From assembly GCA_965224415.1 (NCBI GenBank), contig CBDCZB010000004.1, positions 667,070 to 731,069 on the forward strand: a stretch of 64,000 nt of DNA, read 5' to 3'. A program made the position numbers and the translations under genes. The DNA is from Dehalococcoidia bacterium. GTDB lineage: Bacteria > Chloroflexota > Dehalococcoidia > Lucifugimonadales > JAGWBF01. The notes under the pieces are model-generated. The model did not search any database and was not told where the DNA came from. It worked only from the letters and a program-made list of their open reading frames with translations. Shown in pieces: positions 1 to 9,740 of the stretch; the first letter of the stretch is position 1, and the number at the start of each line of letters is the position of its first letter.

Positions 1-565
1 CGACTTTGACACCGGCGGCCTCCTCGGCCGCCTCAAGCTCGTCGGGATAGACCGGCTCTCCAGCGTCCAGCCATTCCTTGCCCTTGAGCGCTGCGATGTC
101 GAGAAGGACTCCGCGGGTGATTACGCCGTCCTTGGCGTTCTCCACGCCTCCGGCAGTGGCCTTCTTCTGGACGCCCACCATTGACGCTGGCTTGCCGTTG
201 TACATCTTGCCGTCCCAGAACATGTGGCACAGGCTGTCCAAGTGAGTGATGGTGTAGCCGTGGAACGCCAGCCCGAGAAAGTCGGAGGCGCCCCCCGGCC
301 CCTTTTCCGGGGCGGTGTCGCCGGAGTTCGACATATAATGGATGGGAGGAATCCCCATGAGGTCTGTACTGAGTTCAGGGATGATGGGCCGTGAAGCGCT
401 GACCGATATCCCTTCACGCACCAACGCCGCCGCCTGGGCCCGTTTCGCCGGGGTAATAAAATTCAGGGTCCCCAATTCGTCGTCCGGACCCCAACGGCCC
501 CAGTTCGAGTATTTCTGCATCCAGCTCAATACTTCATCTTCGGTCGGAATGTGTCTGTCAGCCAT
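1..565 (-). CDS. cyclase-family protein (arylformamidase / kynurenine-formamidase-like); the 3' end runs off the window
   Basis: Own minus-strand translation from ATG at 565: MADRHIPTEDEVLSWMQKYSNWGRWGPDDELGTLNFITPAKRAQ...HGYTITHLDSLCHMFWDGKMYNG. GGAGG lies 8 nt upstream. It is absent from the ORF track because there is no stop inside the window. Confidence 0.7.
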   Translation of the reverse strand, partial: MADRHIPTEDEVLSWMQKYSNWGRWGPDDELGTLNFITPAKRAQAAALVREGISVSASRPIIPELSTDLMGIPPIHYMSNSGDTAPEKGPGGASDFLGLAFHGYTITHLDSLCHMFWDGKMYNGKPASMVGVQKKATAGGVENAKDGVITRGVLLDIAALKGKEWLDAGEPVYPDELEAAEEAAGVKV

Positions 566-730
566 AGAAAGCGCCTCCGTTCAGGGAAGATTTCTCAGGG
601 CGGGCATGGGCGCCCGGTCTCGGCGTATCATATTCGATAGGCTTCGTATGGACAAGGGGCGGCCTTTGGAGCCCGCTCCTATCCGATCAAGGGGCTGCTC
701 AATGGGCTTTTGAATGGCTGGTTATGGATG

Positions 731-760
731 GGGTAGGGGCGACCGGCCGGTTGCCCCTAC
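731..760. repeat. palindromic repeat family B (GGGTAGGGGCGACCGGCCGGTTGCCCCTAC)
   Basis: 27/30 identical to 38248-38277. The core is the palindrome GCGACCGGCCGGT(C/T)GC. Confidence 0.7.
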
Positions 761-801
761 AAACGTCGATGGTTCCGTGCGCACTGGATTACATAACAAC
801 C

Positions 802-1953
802 TTAGCGCAATGCCCGGAAGAAGTTCTTGACGTCGTCTGCCAGCATCTGAGGCTTCTCTATGGCCGCGAAGTGGCCTCCGCTGGGCATTTCAGTCCATTG
901 CTGCACGTTCAAATGGCGCTCGGCGAACTCCCTGGGAGGTTGGGATATCTCCTTGGGGAAGATGGCCAGGGCGCAGGGAACGGTGACGCCGGTCCCCGGC
1001 TCATAGGACCAGGGGTTGTAGTTGTTCTCGTAGTAGAGGCGCACCGACGAGTTGATGGTCTGAGTGACCCAGTAGATGGTGACGTTAGTAAGGAGTTCGT
1101 CCTTGGTGTACACGCTCTCCACGTCGCCGTTGCAGTCGCTCCACGTACGCCACTTCTCCACTATCCACGCCGCAAGCCCGGCGGGGGAGTCGTTCAGGCC
1201 ATAGCTCAACGTCTGGGGTTTGGTGCCCTGGATGTGGGCGTACCCGCCTTCGTTCCTCTGCCAGTCCTCCCGACGGGCCAGAAGGGCCTTCTCCGCGTCG
1301 GACAAGGGCCTAGAACCGGGTCCCAGATAGGGGACGGCGGTGCCCAAGGAGGTGGAGTGGATGCCAATGAGCTGATCGGGGAACGCGTAACCCATGCGCA
1401 CGGTGATGTTGGCGCCCCAGTCACCGCCCTGGGCGCCGTAACGCTGATAGCCCAGGTTCTCGGTCATTAGCTTGTTCCAGAGTTCCGCGATGCGGGCCAC
1501 ATTCATGCCCCTCTCCCGGGTCTGGTCGGAGAAGCCGTAGCCCGGCATGGAAGGAACTATGACATCGAAGGCGTCGGCGGGGTCGCCGCCGTTGGCTCCG
1601 GGGTCGGACAACAACGGGATGAGCTTCAGTATTTCAAAAATGGAACTGGGCCAACCATGAGTGACGATGATGGGAATCGGGTTGGGGCCATTTCCCTTGA
1701 CGTGATAGAAGTGGATGCCCATTCCCTCGACCTCGGTCCGGAACTGAGGGAACGAGTTGAGGTAAGCCTCCTGGGCCCGCCAGTCGAACCCAGTCCGCCA
1801 GTACTCCACCAATTCTTTAATGTAGTCCAGGTTGGAGCCGTAGTCCCAACCCGAGCCGGGGATTTCGTCGGGCCACCGGGTCCGGGCCAACCGGTCTTTA
1901 AGGTCTGCCAAAGTTTCGTCGGGAACCTGGACCTCGAATGGGGTCACGGCCAT
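802..1953 (-). CDS. epoxide hydrolase (alpha/beta hydrolase with EH N-terminal domain)
   Basis: 383-aa ORF. N-terminal FEVQVPDETLADLKDRLARTRWPDE matches the EH N-domain. HGWPSS oxyanion motif and GGDWGA nucleophile elbow are present. Confidence 0.85.
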   Translation of the reverse strand: MAVTPFEVQVPDETLADLKDRLARTRWPDEIPGSGWDYGSNLDYIKELVEYWRTGFDWRAQEAYLNSFPQFRTEVEGMGIHFYHVKGNGPNPIPIIVTHGWPSSIFEILKLIPLLSDPGANGGDPADAFDVIVPSMPGYGFSDQTRERGMNVARIAELWNKLMTENLGYQRYGAQGGDWGANITVRMGYAFPDQLIGIHSTSLGTAVPYLGPGSRPLSDAEKALLARREDWQRNEGGYAHIQGTKPQTLSYGLNDSPAGLAAWIVEKWRTWSDCNGDVESVYTKDELLTNVTIYWVTQTINSSVRLYYENNYNPWSYEPGTGVTVPCALAIFPKEISQPPREFAERHLNVQQWTEMPSGGHFAAIEKPQMLADDVKNFFRALR

Positions 1954-2193
1954 CTTTCACCTTCCATTTTTGGGGAAATTCTACCACGACGGGGCGGAGG
2001 ACGTTTTTCTGGACGGAGGTTCGCACAACATATGTTATGTTGACATGATGCCTGGGGATTGGCTGACATAACTGTTTTTGAACCGAATTACATAATGGGA
2101 ATCGACGGAGAGAGGCGTTTTCCGCCGTCGACATGGAAGGAGTCGGAAGGTCTGTGAAAAGCGCCGGAGATTTCGACTTCCCTGGTTCCAGCC

Positions 2194-3339
2194 TCAGCCG
2201 GAGTGCGGTGTCGATGGAGTGGACTGCCATTCCGCCGGAGGCAGCACTCCCTGGGCCAAAAGCTGGCACTCTATCTCTTCCAGCAAGCCGTCGAGGTTCC
2301 ACGCCTTGAGGGCCGACACCAACACGACTGGCCCGGTCGATGCGACGCCGGGGATTTCCGGCGGCCGGGCGCCGTTGGGCGAGTCCGTTAGCAGGTCCAT
2401 CTTGTTCACCACGAGGACCCGGGGCTTGTGGTCCAGGTCCAACTCCTTGAGGGTCTGCTCCACCACCTCCGCCTGCTCCGGGGCCTTTGGCTGAGCAACG
2501 TCGATGATGTGGAGCAGTAGGTCGGCTTCCCTTAGCTCTTCCAAGGTGGCCCGGAACGCGTCGACCACCGTCGGGGGGAGCTTATGGATGAAGCCCACCG
2601 TATCGGTGAGCAGAGCTTGCCTCCCGCCGGGAAAGTAAATGCGCCGGGTCACCGGGTCCAGGGTGGAGAAGAGTCGGTCCTGCACTTTGACGCCGCCGCC
2701 GCTGACGGCGTTGAAGAGGGAACTCTTTCCCGCGTTGGTGTATCCCACCATCGAGACTACCGGTAGCCGGGCCTGCTTCCTGCGGCTCATGTAGGACTCT
2801 CGCCGCTTACTGACGTTTTGAAGCTCAAGCTCCAGCCGTTGAATCCGCCTCCTGATGAGACGGCGGTCCGTCTCTAGCTGGGTCTCACCAGGGCCGCGAG
2901 TGCCTATGCCGCCTCCCAGACGTTCGAGGTGGGACCACTGGCCTACGAGGCGCGGCAGCAGGTACTGGTGCTGGGCAAGCTCCACCTGAAGCTGGCCTTC
3001 TCTGGTGGACGCCTGGCGGGAGAATATGTCCAGAATCAGCGCGGTGCGGTCGATTACTTTCGCCCTGAGGGCGTTCTCAAGGTTGCGCTGCTGGGTGGGG
3101 GTCAGTTCGTCGTCAAAGACGACCGTGTCGGACTCGGAAGTGATGACCAGGTCTTTGAGTTCTTCCAGCTTGCCGGAGCCCAGGTAATGGTGGGTCGGCC
3201 TGTCCAGCCTCTGGCTGACCCTTCCCACCACTTCCACGCCAGCCGTATCGGCCAGAAATTCAAGCTCCCGCAAAGAGTCTTGCAGGTCCCACAGCGCAGG
3301 ACCCTTCTTGAGTTCGATCCCTACGAGGACGACTCGTTC
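2194..3339 (-). CDS. hflX: GTPase HflX (start codon unresolved; the ORF track starts at TTG 3273)
   Basis: GYTNAGKSSLFN P-loop, DTVGF and NKMD motifs. HflX N-domain similarity (ERVVLVGIELKKGP...LRELEFLADTAGVE) continues upstream of the track start to about 3339. Confidence 0.85.
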   Translation of the reverse strand, partial: ERVVLVGIELKKGPALWDLQDSLRELEFLADTAGVEVVGRVSQRLDRPTHHYLGSGKLEELKDLVITSESDTVVFDDELTPTQQRNLENALRAKVIDRTALILDIFSRQASTREGQLQVELAQHQYLLPRLVGQWSHLERLGGGIGTRGPGETQLETDRRLIRRRIQRLELELQNVSKRRESYMSRRKQARLPVVSMVGYTNAGKSSLFNAVSGGGVKVQDRLFSTLDPVTRRIYFPGGRQALLTDTVGFIHKLPPTVVDAFRATLEELREADLLLHIIDVAQPKAPEQAEVVEQTLKELDLDHKPRVLVVNKMDLLTDSPNGARPPEIPGVASTGPVVLVSALKAWNLDGLLEEIECQLLAQGVLPPAEWQSTPSTPHSG

Positions 3340-3387
3340 GACGGGAGGTCCGGTGGATTCGGGTGACCTGGGTATCGGCTTGGGCTC

Positions 3388-4572
3388 CTATGACCCCGAC
3401 GGCGGGGGTATTTCCCAAGATGCCAGGCGTTCCACGCCAGCATCGACGCGTTCGTCGGGCGTAGTCAATGAGAATCTTATGTAACCTTCTCCGTACCTGC
3501 CATAGCTGGAACCGGGGGTGACTACGATGGTCTTCTCATCCAGCAGCCGGGCGGCGAACTCGGCTGACGTGTACCCCTCAGGCACCTTGGCCCAGACGTA
3601 GAGGCAAGCCTTGGGCGGAATCACCTTGAGCCCGATGCGGTTCAGCACGGCGCAGAGCTTGTCCCTGCGCCGCTGGTAAATGGCGTTGTTTGAGGCTATG
3701 GCGTCCTGGGGTCCGGTGAGGGCCTCCATCGCCATCTCCTGTATGGCTTGGGGTATGCCGGAGTCCAGGTTGGCCTTGATTTGGAAAAGGGCCTTGATCA
3801 TGTCGGCGTTTCCCACTGCCATGCCGAAACGCCATCCGGTCATGTTGAAGCACTTGGAGAGGGAGTGGAACTCCATCCCGACCTCTTTCGCGCCGTCCAC
3901 TTCCAGGAAGCTGGCCGCCCTGTATCCGTCGTAGACGACCTCGCTGTAGGCGGCGTCGTGGAGAATGGCCACGTCGTATTGCCGGGCGAAGTCGACGACC
4001 TTCTTATAGTAGTCGATGTCCGCCACGCCGGAGGTGGGGTTGTTGGGGTAGTTCAGCCACATGATCTTGGCTTCCCTGGCCACCTCCGAGGGAATCTCGT
4101 CCAGTTCAGGGAGCCATCCATTCTCCTCTTTCAGGGGCATCGTGTAGCTCTGGGCGCCGGAGAACATGGTGCCCACACCGTAGACGGGGTACGCTGGGTC
4201 GGGAATCAACGCCACGTCGCCCGGATCGAGGAAAGCGAAGGCCACGTGGCCGATTCCTTCCTTCGCGCCTATTAAGGGCAGCGTCTCCGTGGCGCCATCC
4301 ACTTCGACTCCGAAGGTATTCCGATACCATGTAGCTATGGCGCCCCGGCATTCCGGAAGGCCGTCGGACTCCGGATAGCGGTGGTTGGCCGGGGTGTGGG
4401 AGGCGCTTATCAGCCTGTCTATGACGTTGTCCGGCGTGGGAATGTCGGGGTCGCCTATGCCAAAGGTGACCACGTCCTCGCCGGCGGCCCGTTTTTCGGC
4501 CAATATCCTGGAAATTTCGACAAAGGGATAGGGCGCCAGCTTTCCCAGACGTTCGGAGAACTTTGCGGTCAT
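3388..4572 (-). CDS. dapL: LL-diaminopimelate aminotransferase (DapL-type class I aminotransferase)
   Basis: YPFVEISRIL...FGIGDPDIPTP...NHRYPESDG...NYPNNPTS...SLSKCFNMTGWRFG motifs. The gene is adjacent to dapF. Confidence 0.85.
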   Translation of the reverse strand: MTAKFSERLGKLAPYPFVEISRILAEKRAAGEDVVTFGIGDPDIPTPDNVIDRLISASHTPANHRYPESDGLPECRGAIATWYRNTFGVEVDGATETLPLIGAKEGIGHVAFAFLDPGDVALIPDPAYPVYGVGTMFSGAQSYTMPLKEENGWLPELDEIPSEVAREAKIMWLNYPNNPTSGVADIDYYKKVVDFARQYDVAILHDAAYSEVVYDGYRAASFLEVDGAKEVGMEFHSLSKCFNMTGWRFGMAVGNADMIKALFQIKANLDSGIPQAIQEMAMEALTGPQDAIASNNAIYQRRRDKLCAVLNRIGLKVIPPKACLYVWAKVPEGYTSAEFAARLLDEKTIVVTPGSSYGRYGEGYIRFSLTTPDERVDAGVERLASWEIPPPSGS

Positions 4573-4602
4573 TAGTCTATTGCTCCATTCATGAATAAAA
4601 GG

Positions 4603-5484
4603 CTATTCAGGCTCCGCCCATTCACCTTCGAAGACCTCTACCGCCGGGCCTTCCATGTAGACGTCGCCCCTACCCGCCCAGCTTATGTTCAACATTCCGC
4701 CGGGAAGCTTTATGTCAACAAATTCTTCCGTGTGCCCCAGGAGGTATGACGCCACGCCTATTGCGCTGGCCCCGGAGCCGCAAGCCAGGGTTTCGCCGGA
4801 GCCCCGCTCCCAGACGCGGGCGTCGAGGGAGTGTTTGTTGCGGATGTTCACTATCTCAAAGTTCACCCTGTTGGGAAACATTGAATGGTGTTCGACCTGT
4901 GGCCCGACGGAGTGAAGGGGAAACTCTTCTACGGGCTGGTCTATGAACGCCACGGCGTGGGGGTTGCCCATTGAAATGAAACTCAGGTTGAGGGCCGCTC
5001 CTCCTATCTCAACAGGGAACTCCAGCACGGGCGAGTCCGACGACCCTCCCACCGAGGCCGGAAGGTCCACCGGCACGTCCGCAGGAGCGAAGATGGGTTC
5101 GCCCATTGCCACGCGCGCTCCGACGATTTGGCCCCTGTCCTTGATGACCTGCACAGTCCTGACACCGGCCAGGGTTTCGATGGAGATGCCTTCCGTGGAG
5201 GGCTGGGCTATCTTCCTGTCGATGACGTACTTGGCCACACAACGTATCCCGTTGCCGCACATCTCTCCTTCGGAGCCGTCAACGTTGAAGATGCGCATCC
5301 TCAGCTGGGCCACGTCAGAGTTCTGGATGACAATCACGCCGTCGCCGCCCACTCCGAAATGGCGGTCGCTCATAGCCACCGACAACGACGCCCAGTCCCG
5401 CTCCATGTCGCGGGCGTCAACGTATACGTAGTCGTTGCCCGCTCCCTGCATTTTGGTGAATTTCACTGCGTTGTCCTTCGCCAA
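4603..5484 (-). CDS. dapF: diaminopimelate epimerase
   Basis: FTKMQGAGNDYVYVD and the two catalytic Cys motifs (GNGIRC, ACGSGA). Confidence 0.9.
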   Translation of the reverse strand: MAKDNAVKFTKMQGAGNDYVYVDARDMERDWASLSVAMSDRHFGVGGDGVIVIQNSDVAQLRMRIFNVDGSEGEMCGNGIRCVAKYVIDRKIAQPSTEGISIETLAGVRTVQVIKDRGQIVGARVAMGEPIFAPADVPVDLPASVGGSSDSPVLEFPVEIGGAALNLSFISMGNPHAVAFIDQPVEEFPLHSVGPQVEHHSMFPNRVNFEIVNIRNKHSLDARVWERGSGETLACGSGASAIGVASYLLGHTEEFVDIKLPGGMLNISWAGRGDVYMEGPAVEVFEGEWAEPE

Positions 5485-5506
5485 GGCGTCTATATGTGGG
5501 TCGCCG

Positions 5507-6490
5507 CTATTGTACCATCCGCGTCCGACTTAAGAAATTGTCCGCCAAGAGCATCGCTTTCCCGACGGCGTCCGCGTGACCCCCGCGCCCATCTGTCCCC
5601 TCCGACGCGGGAGCCACTGACGGCGCCACGTCCAACCAATGTATGCGCGAGTCCTCAAGGTTGAACCAGTTGTACTGTTGGCGTGCGAACCTGTGGGTCC
5701 TGGTCTTGATGCGTGCCGCCGATGCTTCCAAGGACATCTGTCCAGCCAGATAGACGCCCATCTCCTTGTAGCCAACGCCGGACATGGAGGGGAGGTCCCA
5801 GGAGTAGCCTCTTCGCACTAGATTCGCCGCCTCGGACGCCAAGCCGTCGTCCACCATGCGGTCTACTCTGTCGTCTATCATACGGTATAGCTGTTTGCGT
5901 TCCGCTGTCAGTCCAATCACCAGCGCGTTGTCTGAGACGGCCTCTTTACGTTCCGTCTCAGTGTCAGTCCCGCCGATGGCGCGATGGATTTCCAATGCCC
6001 TGATTACCCGGCGGGTGTTGCGCGTGTCGATGCGTCCGGCGGATGCGGGGTCTGCCCGTTCAAGCAGTTTATGTAAAGCCTCAGCCCCCTGCTTTGCCGC
6101 CAACTCCTCCAATTCACTCCGGAGTTCAGGATTAGGAGGGACGCGCGACACCTTCCAGTTTTCGAGCAACGCCCAGATATACTGGCCTGTCCCTCCGACG
6201 ATTATCGGCAGACGACCCTCTGACCTAACTGACGCAATGCTCTGCCGGGCGCACCGCAGGAACTCGGCCAGGCCAAAGTCCTGGTCGGGGTACAGGATGT
6301 CTATAAGGTGGTGGGGCGTCTTGGCCCGTTGCTCGGAGGTGGGTTTGGCTGTGCCCACGTCCATGAACCGGTAGACCTGCCGCGAGTCGGCGCTGACTAT
6401 CTCGCCGTCGAACTCTTCAGCCAGGCGTATTCCCAGTTCTGTCTTGCCCGTTGCAGTGGGCCCCAGGACGACTATGAGCCTTTCGTCCAT
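5507..6490 (-). CDS. miaA: tRNA dimethylallyltransferase
   Basis: VVLGPTATGKTELGIRLA P-loop, SADSRQVYRFMDVGTAKP and PHHLID motifs. Confidence 0.9.
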   Translation of the reverse strand: MDERLIVVLGPTATGKTELGIRLAEEFDGEIVSADSRQVYRFMDVGTAKPTSEQRAKTPHHLIDILYPDQDFGLAEFLRCARQSIASVRSEGRLPIIVGGTGQYIWALLENWKVSRVPPNPELRSELEELAAKQGAEALHKLLERADPASAGRIDTRNTRRVIRALEIHRAIGGTDTETERKEAVSDNALVIGLTAERKQLYRMIDDRVDRMVDDGLASEAANLVRRGYSWDLPSMSGVGYKEMGVYLAGQMSLEASAARIKTRTHRFARQQYNWFNLEDSRIHWLDVAPSVAPASEGTDGRGGHADAVGKAMLLADNFLSRTRMVQ

Positions 6491-6498
6491 CGAGCCGG

Positions 6499-7263
6499 TC
6501 AGGCGGACTTGGCGGCGGCGATGACTTTCACTATGGCGGCAAACTGGTCAGCTCGGAGGCTCGCGCCGCCAACCAAGCCGCCGTGTATCACGTCCTGGCT
6601 TACGAAACCGTCGATGTTGTCGGGGTTCGCGCTTCCGCCGTAGAGAAGCGGAGTCTGGGAGGCCGTCTGGGCGCCGTACAGGTCTTCCAGCGTTTTGAGA
6701 ATGGCGCCGCCCATGATCTCGGAGGCCGTTTCAGGCGTGGCCGACACTCCAGTGCCTATGGCCCATACGGGTTCGTAGGCCACGACCAGCCCTCCCGATG
6801 GAGACACTCCGTCGAGGCCCGCCTTCACCTGATTCCCGACTACCTCACTGGCTTTCCCGTCTTCACGCTGCTGCAGGGTCTCACCGACGCAGAGAATGGG
6901 GACCAGTCCGGCGTCCACGGCGGCTTTGACCTTTAGGTTAATGAGACTGTCGTCCTCTCCGAAAAGCTGGCGCCGCTCCGAGTGGCCCAGGATGACATAC
7001 CTGCATATTCCGGCAATCATGCCGGGGGCCACCTCTCCTGTGAAGGCGCCGCTGGCTTGGTGGTGCATGTTCTGGGCGCCGACCATCACATTACTGCCTT
7101 CCAACGCTTCCGCCACCGACGCCAGAGACACGAAGGGAGGGCACACCAGTACGTCCACGCCGGTTATTCCATCCACCGCCTCTTTCACAGCCTCGGCAAG
7201 GGCCACGGCCTCGTCTATGGTGGTGTTCATTTTCCAGTTTCCGGCTGCCAAAGGAACGGGCAT
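6499..7263 (-). CDS. tpiA: triosephosphate isomerase
   Basis: AGNWKMN, ILGHSERR, AYEPVWAIGTG and GGASL motifs. Confidence 0.95.
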   Translation of the reverse strand: MPVPLAAGNWKMNTTIDEAVALAEAVKEAVDGITGVDVLVCPPFVSLASVAEALEGSNVMVGAQNMHHQASGAFTGEVAPGMIAGICRYVILGHSERRQLFGEDDSLINLKVKAAVDAGLVPILCVGETLQQREDGKASEVVGNQVKAGLDGVSPSGGLVVAYEPVWAIGTGVSATPETASEIMGGAILKTLEDLYGAQTASQTPLLYGGSANPDNIDGFVSQDVIHGGLVGGASLRADQFAAIVKVIAAAKSA

Positions 7264-7285
7264 GGTGAAACTCCCGAATCAGAAA

Positions 7286-8491
7286 CTAGGGTCCGAATTT
7301 AGCCAGCTTGCCCGCGTGGGCCAGCCCCAGAAGCATTACGTTGACGGCGGGCATTCTTCCCAGGGACCCGTTGGCAAAAGCCCGCTCTGAGAAGGCGTCC
7401 ACACCTTCTCCCAGCGTGTAGGCCGACCACAGCGAGAAGGGCACCGGGTGCCAGCTGTGGGCCGCCATGATGGCCGGTGTGGAGTGGTCGCCTGCAACCA
7501 TGAGCACGTCGGGCTTCATGTCCCGCAGGCGGGGAATGTAAGAGTCCAGGTCCTCCAGGGCCTTCACCTTGCCCTCGAAGTTGCCGTCCTCTCCGGCGGC
7601 GTCCGCCGGTTTGTAATGGATGTAGAAAAAGTCGTGGCCGTCGTAGTTCTCTTCCAGCGTGTCCAGCTCGTCGCCAAAAGTCCTGCCCGTAGGAATGACT
7701 TTCATGCCGACGATTTGGGCCAGCCCACGGTACATGGGGTACGCGGCGATGGCCGCCGGATTCAGCCTAAAGGCATCGCCCATAGAGGGCAGATGTGGAA
7801 GGCTCGAGAATCCCCTAAGAAGGACCATGTTTGCGCGCTCCTCATTGTTGAGGACGCTGCGCGCCTGAGACACGAAGCTGCGCACGATAGCGGCTGTCTT
7901 CTCCGCGTTCTCTTCAAGGGCATACGCCTCAACGTCGGGAACGCCTATGCGCTGTGGGTCGGTCTCGGAGACAGACTCGCTCAGTCCCTCTCCCCTGAGA
8001 TGCAGTACGAACCGGTATCCTTCTACCGGATAAACCCGCAGGTCGACGCCTTCCATCTCGATTTTGTCCAGCTCGGCGCAGAGGGGTATGGTCACTTCGG
8101 AGGGGACGCGTCCGGCCCGCCTGTCCACCAGGTTCCCCTGGGCGTCCACGGTGCAGAAGTTGCCTCTGGCGCACACGTCGCCTTCCCTGAGGTCCACCTC
8201 GATTCCCAGACCCTCAAGGGCGCCGCGTCCTATAAGATATTCCGTAGGCTCGTACCCGAACAAAGCGAGATGCCCCGGGCCGGAGCCGGGAGCCACTCCA
8301 GGCATGACCGGGACAGTCAGTCCGCAAGCGCTCTCCGACGCAAGGGCGTCCAAGTTGGGAGTCCGAGCCGTCTCCAACTCCGACAGCTTAGTGTCGGGAT
8401 GGGGAAGGCCTCCAAGCCCATCGGCCACCAGCATCACGATCTTGGAATCGGTTGTCTGGAAAGAGTCCTTCAAGACCTCCAGGTTGACCAT
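7286..8491 (-). CDS. apgM: 2,3-bisphosphoglycerate-independent phosphoglycerate mutase, archaeal (ApgM) type
   Basis: 401 aa. VADGLGG, GSGPGHLALFGY and MVAGDHSTP motifs. It lies between pgk and tpiA. Confidence 0.85.
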   Translation of the reverse strand: MVNLEVLKDSFQTTDSKIVMLVADGLGGLPHPDTKLSELETARTPNLDALASESACGLTVPVMPGVAPGSGPGHLALFGYEPTEYLIGRGALEGLGIEVDLREGDVCARGNFCTVDAQGNLVDRRAGRVPSEVTIPLCAELDKIEMEGVDLRVYPVEGYRFVLHLRGEGLSESVSETDPQRIGVPDVEAYALEENAEKTAAIVRSFVSQARSVLNNEERANMVLLRGFSSLPHLPSMGDAFRLNPAAIAAYPMYRGLAQIVGMKVIPTGRTFGDELDTLEENYDGHDFFYIHYKPADAAGEDGNFEGKVKALEDLDSYIPRLRDMKPDVLMVAGDHSTPAIMAAHSWHPVPFSLWSAYTLGEGVDAFSERAFANGSLGRMPAVNVMLLGLAHAGKLAKFGP

Positions 8492-8537
8492 CCGCCCTCC
8501 TTCGTACGATTACGCCGTCGGACCCAACCGGTCCAGT

Positions 8538-9737
8538 TTAAGAGTCTTTGTCGAGAATGGCCGCGATGCCGGGCAGCTCCTTGCCCTCCAGAAACTCCAG
8601 GGACGCCCCGCCGCCAGTGGACACGTGGGTCATGCTGTCCTGTATGGCCATTTCCTCGACGGCTTCTGCTGTAGAACCTCCGCCCACGATGGTTGCGGCT
8701 TTAGCCTCGGCAAGCGCCTGTCCTACTTTACGGGTGCCGTGGGAGAAGGGCTCGAACTCGAACACTCCCATAGGTCCGTTCCAGATGACGGTCCCGCACT
8801 CTTTGAGTCCCTGGGCGAATTCGACGGCGCTGACCTGTCCGATATCCAAGGCGTAGCTGTTCTCTGGGATGTCATCCACTCCCACGTTCTTTACTCCTCC
8901 GGCGTCGGCGGAGACTTCATCGGCCACCACCATGTCCGAGGGCAGATGGACCTCCACGCCCAACTGTCCCGCCCGTTCCAGGATTTGGGAGGCGAACTCC
9001 AACCTGTCCTCCTCCACTCTCGAGGCCCCTACCGAACGTCCCTGGGCCTTGAGGAAGGTCACGGCCATTCCCCCGCCGATGAACAGCCGGTCTATCTTGT
9101 CGATCAGATTTTCCAGCACCATGATTTTATCGCTGACCTTGGCTCCTCCCATCAGAGCCGCCAAGGGGCGTTCGGGAGCTTCCAACGCTCGCCCCATGTT
9201 CTCCAACTCAGCCTTGACCAGCTCCCCTGCGACGGTGGGCAGATATTGGGGGACGCCCACCACGGACGCATGGGCCCTGTGGGCTACTGCGAAGGCGTCC
9301 ATGACGAAAATGTCCGCCAACGCAGCCAGGGACTTGGCGAACTCAGGTTCGGCGCTTTCCTCGCCCGAATGGAAGCGCAGGTTCTCCAGCATGATGATTT
9401 CGCCCGGAGACATAGCTGATACGGCATCTTCTACCCCGGTTCCTACACAGTCGTCCAGAGACTTGACGGGGAGCCCCATCAGCGCGGAAAGTCTCTCTGC
9501 CACCGGCCCCATTCTCAGGCCTTCCACGACCTGACCCTTAGGTCTACCGAGGTGGGAACAGAGGACCAGCTTGCAGCCGCTCCCGTGGAGACGCTGAAGC
9601 GTGGGGAGAGTAGCCCTCAGCCTGTGGTCGTATTGCGGGAGAAACTCAATGCCCTGCTCTATTGGCACGTTGAAGTCCACCCGTACCAACACCGTCTTCC
9701 CGTCTACATTTATGTCATCTAGGGTCTTCTTCGCCAT
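8538..9737 (-). CDS. pgk: phosphoglycerate kinase
   Basis: VRVDFNVP, SHLGRPKG, GGAKVSDKI and STGGGASLEFLEGK motifs. Confidence 0.95.
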   Translation of the reverse strand: MAKKTLDDINVDGKTVLVRVDFNVPIEQGIEFLPQYDHRLRATLPTLQRLHGSGCKLVLCSHLGRPKGQVVEGLRMGPVAERLSALMGLPVKSLDDCVGTGVEDAVSAMSPGEIIMLENLRFHSGEESAEPEFAKSLAALADIFVMDAFAVAHRAHASVVGVPQYLPTVAGELVKAELENMGRALEAPERPLAALMGGAKVSDKIMVLENLIDKIDRLFIGGGMAVTFLKAQGRSVGASRVEEDRLEFASQILERAGQLGVEVHLPSDMVVADEVSADAGGVKNVGVDDIPENSYALDIGQVSAVEFAQGLKECGTVIWNGPMGVFEFEPFSHGTRKVGQALAEAKAATIVGGGSTAEAVEEMAIQDSMTHVSTGGGASLEFLEGKELPGIAAILDKDS

Positions 9738-9740
9738 CGG

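Noticed and set aside
7448-9419. Long plus-strand ORFs (7448..8674, 408 aa; 8064..9419, 451 aa) opposite apgM and pgk.
   Set aside because: These are antisense shadow ORFs, typical of high-GC DNA. Their translations are Arg/Gly/Pro-rich and motif-free, while the minus-strand frames carry unmistakable glycolytic enzyme motifs. The same reasoning rejects 724..1470, 20510..21661, 21946..23019, 26473..27414, 26747..27457, 28157..29248, 35520..36236, 44282..45232, 52217..53074 and the many shorter overlapping ORFs.
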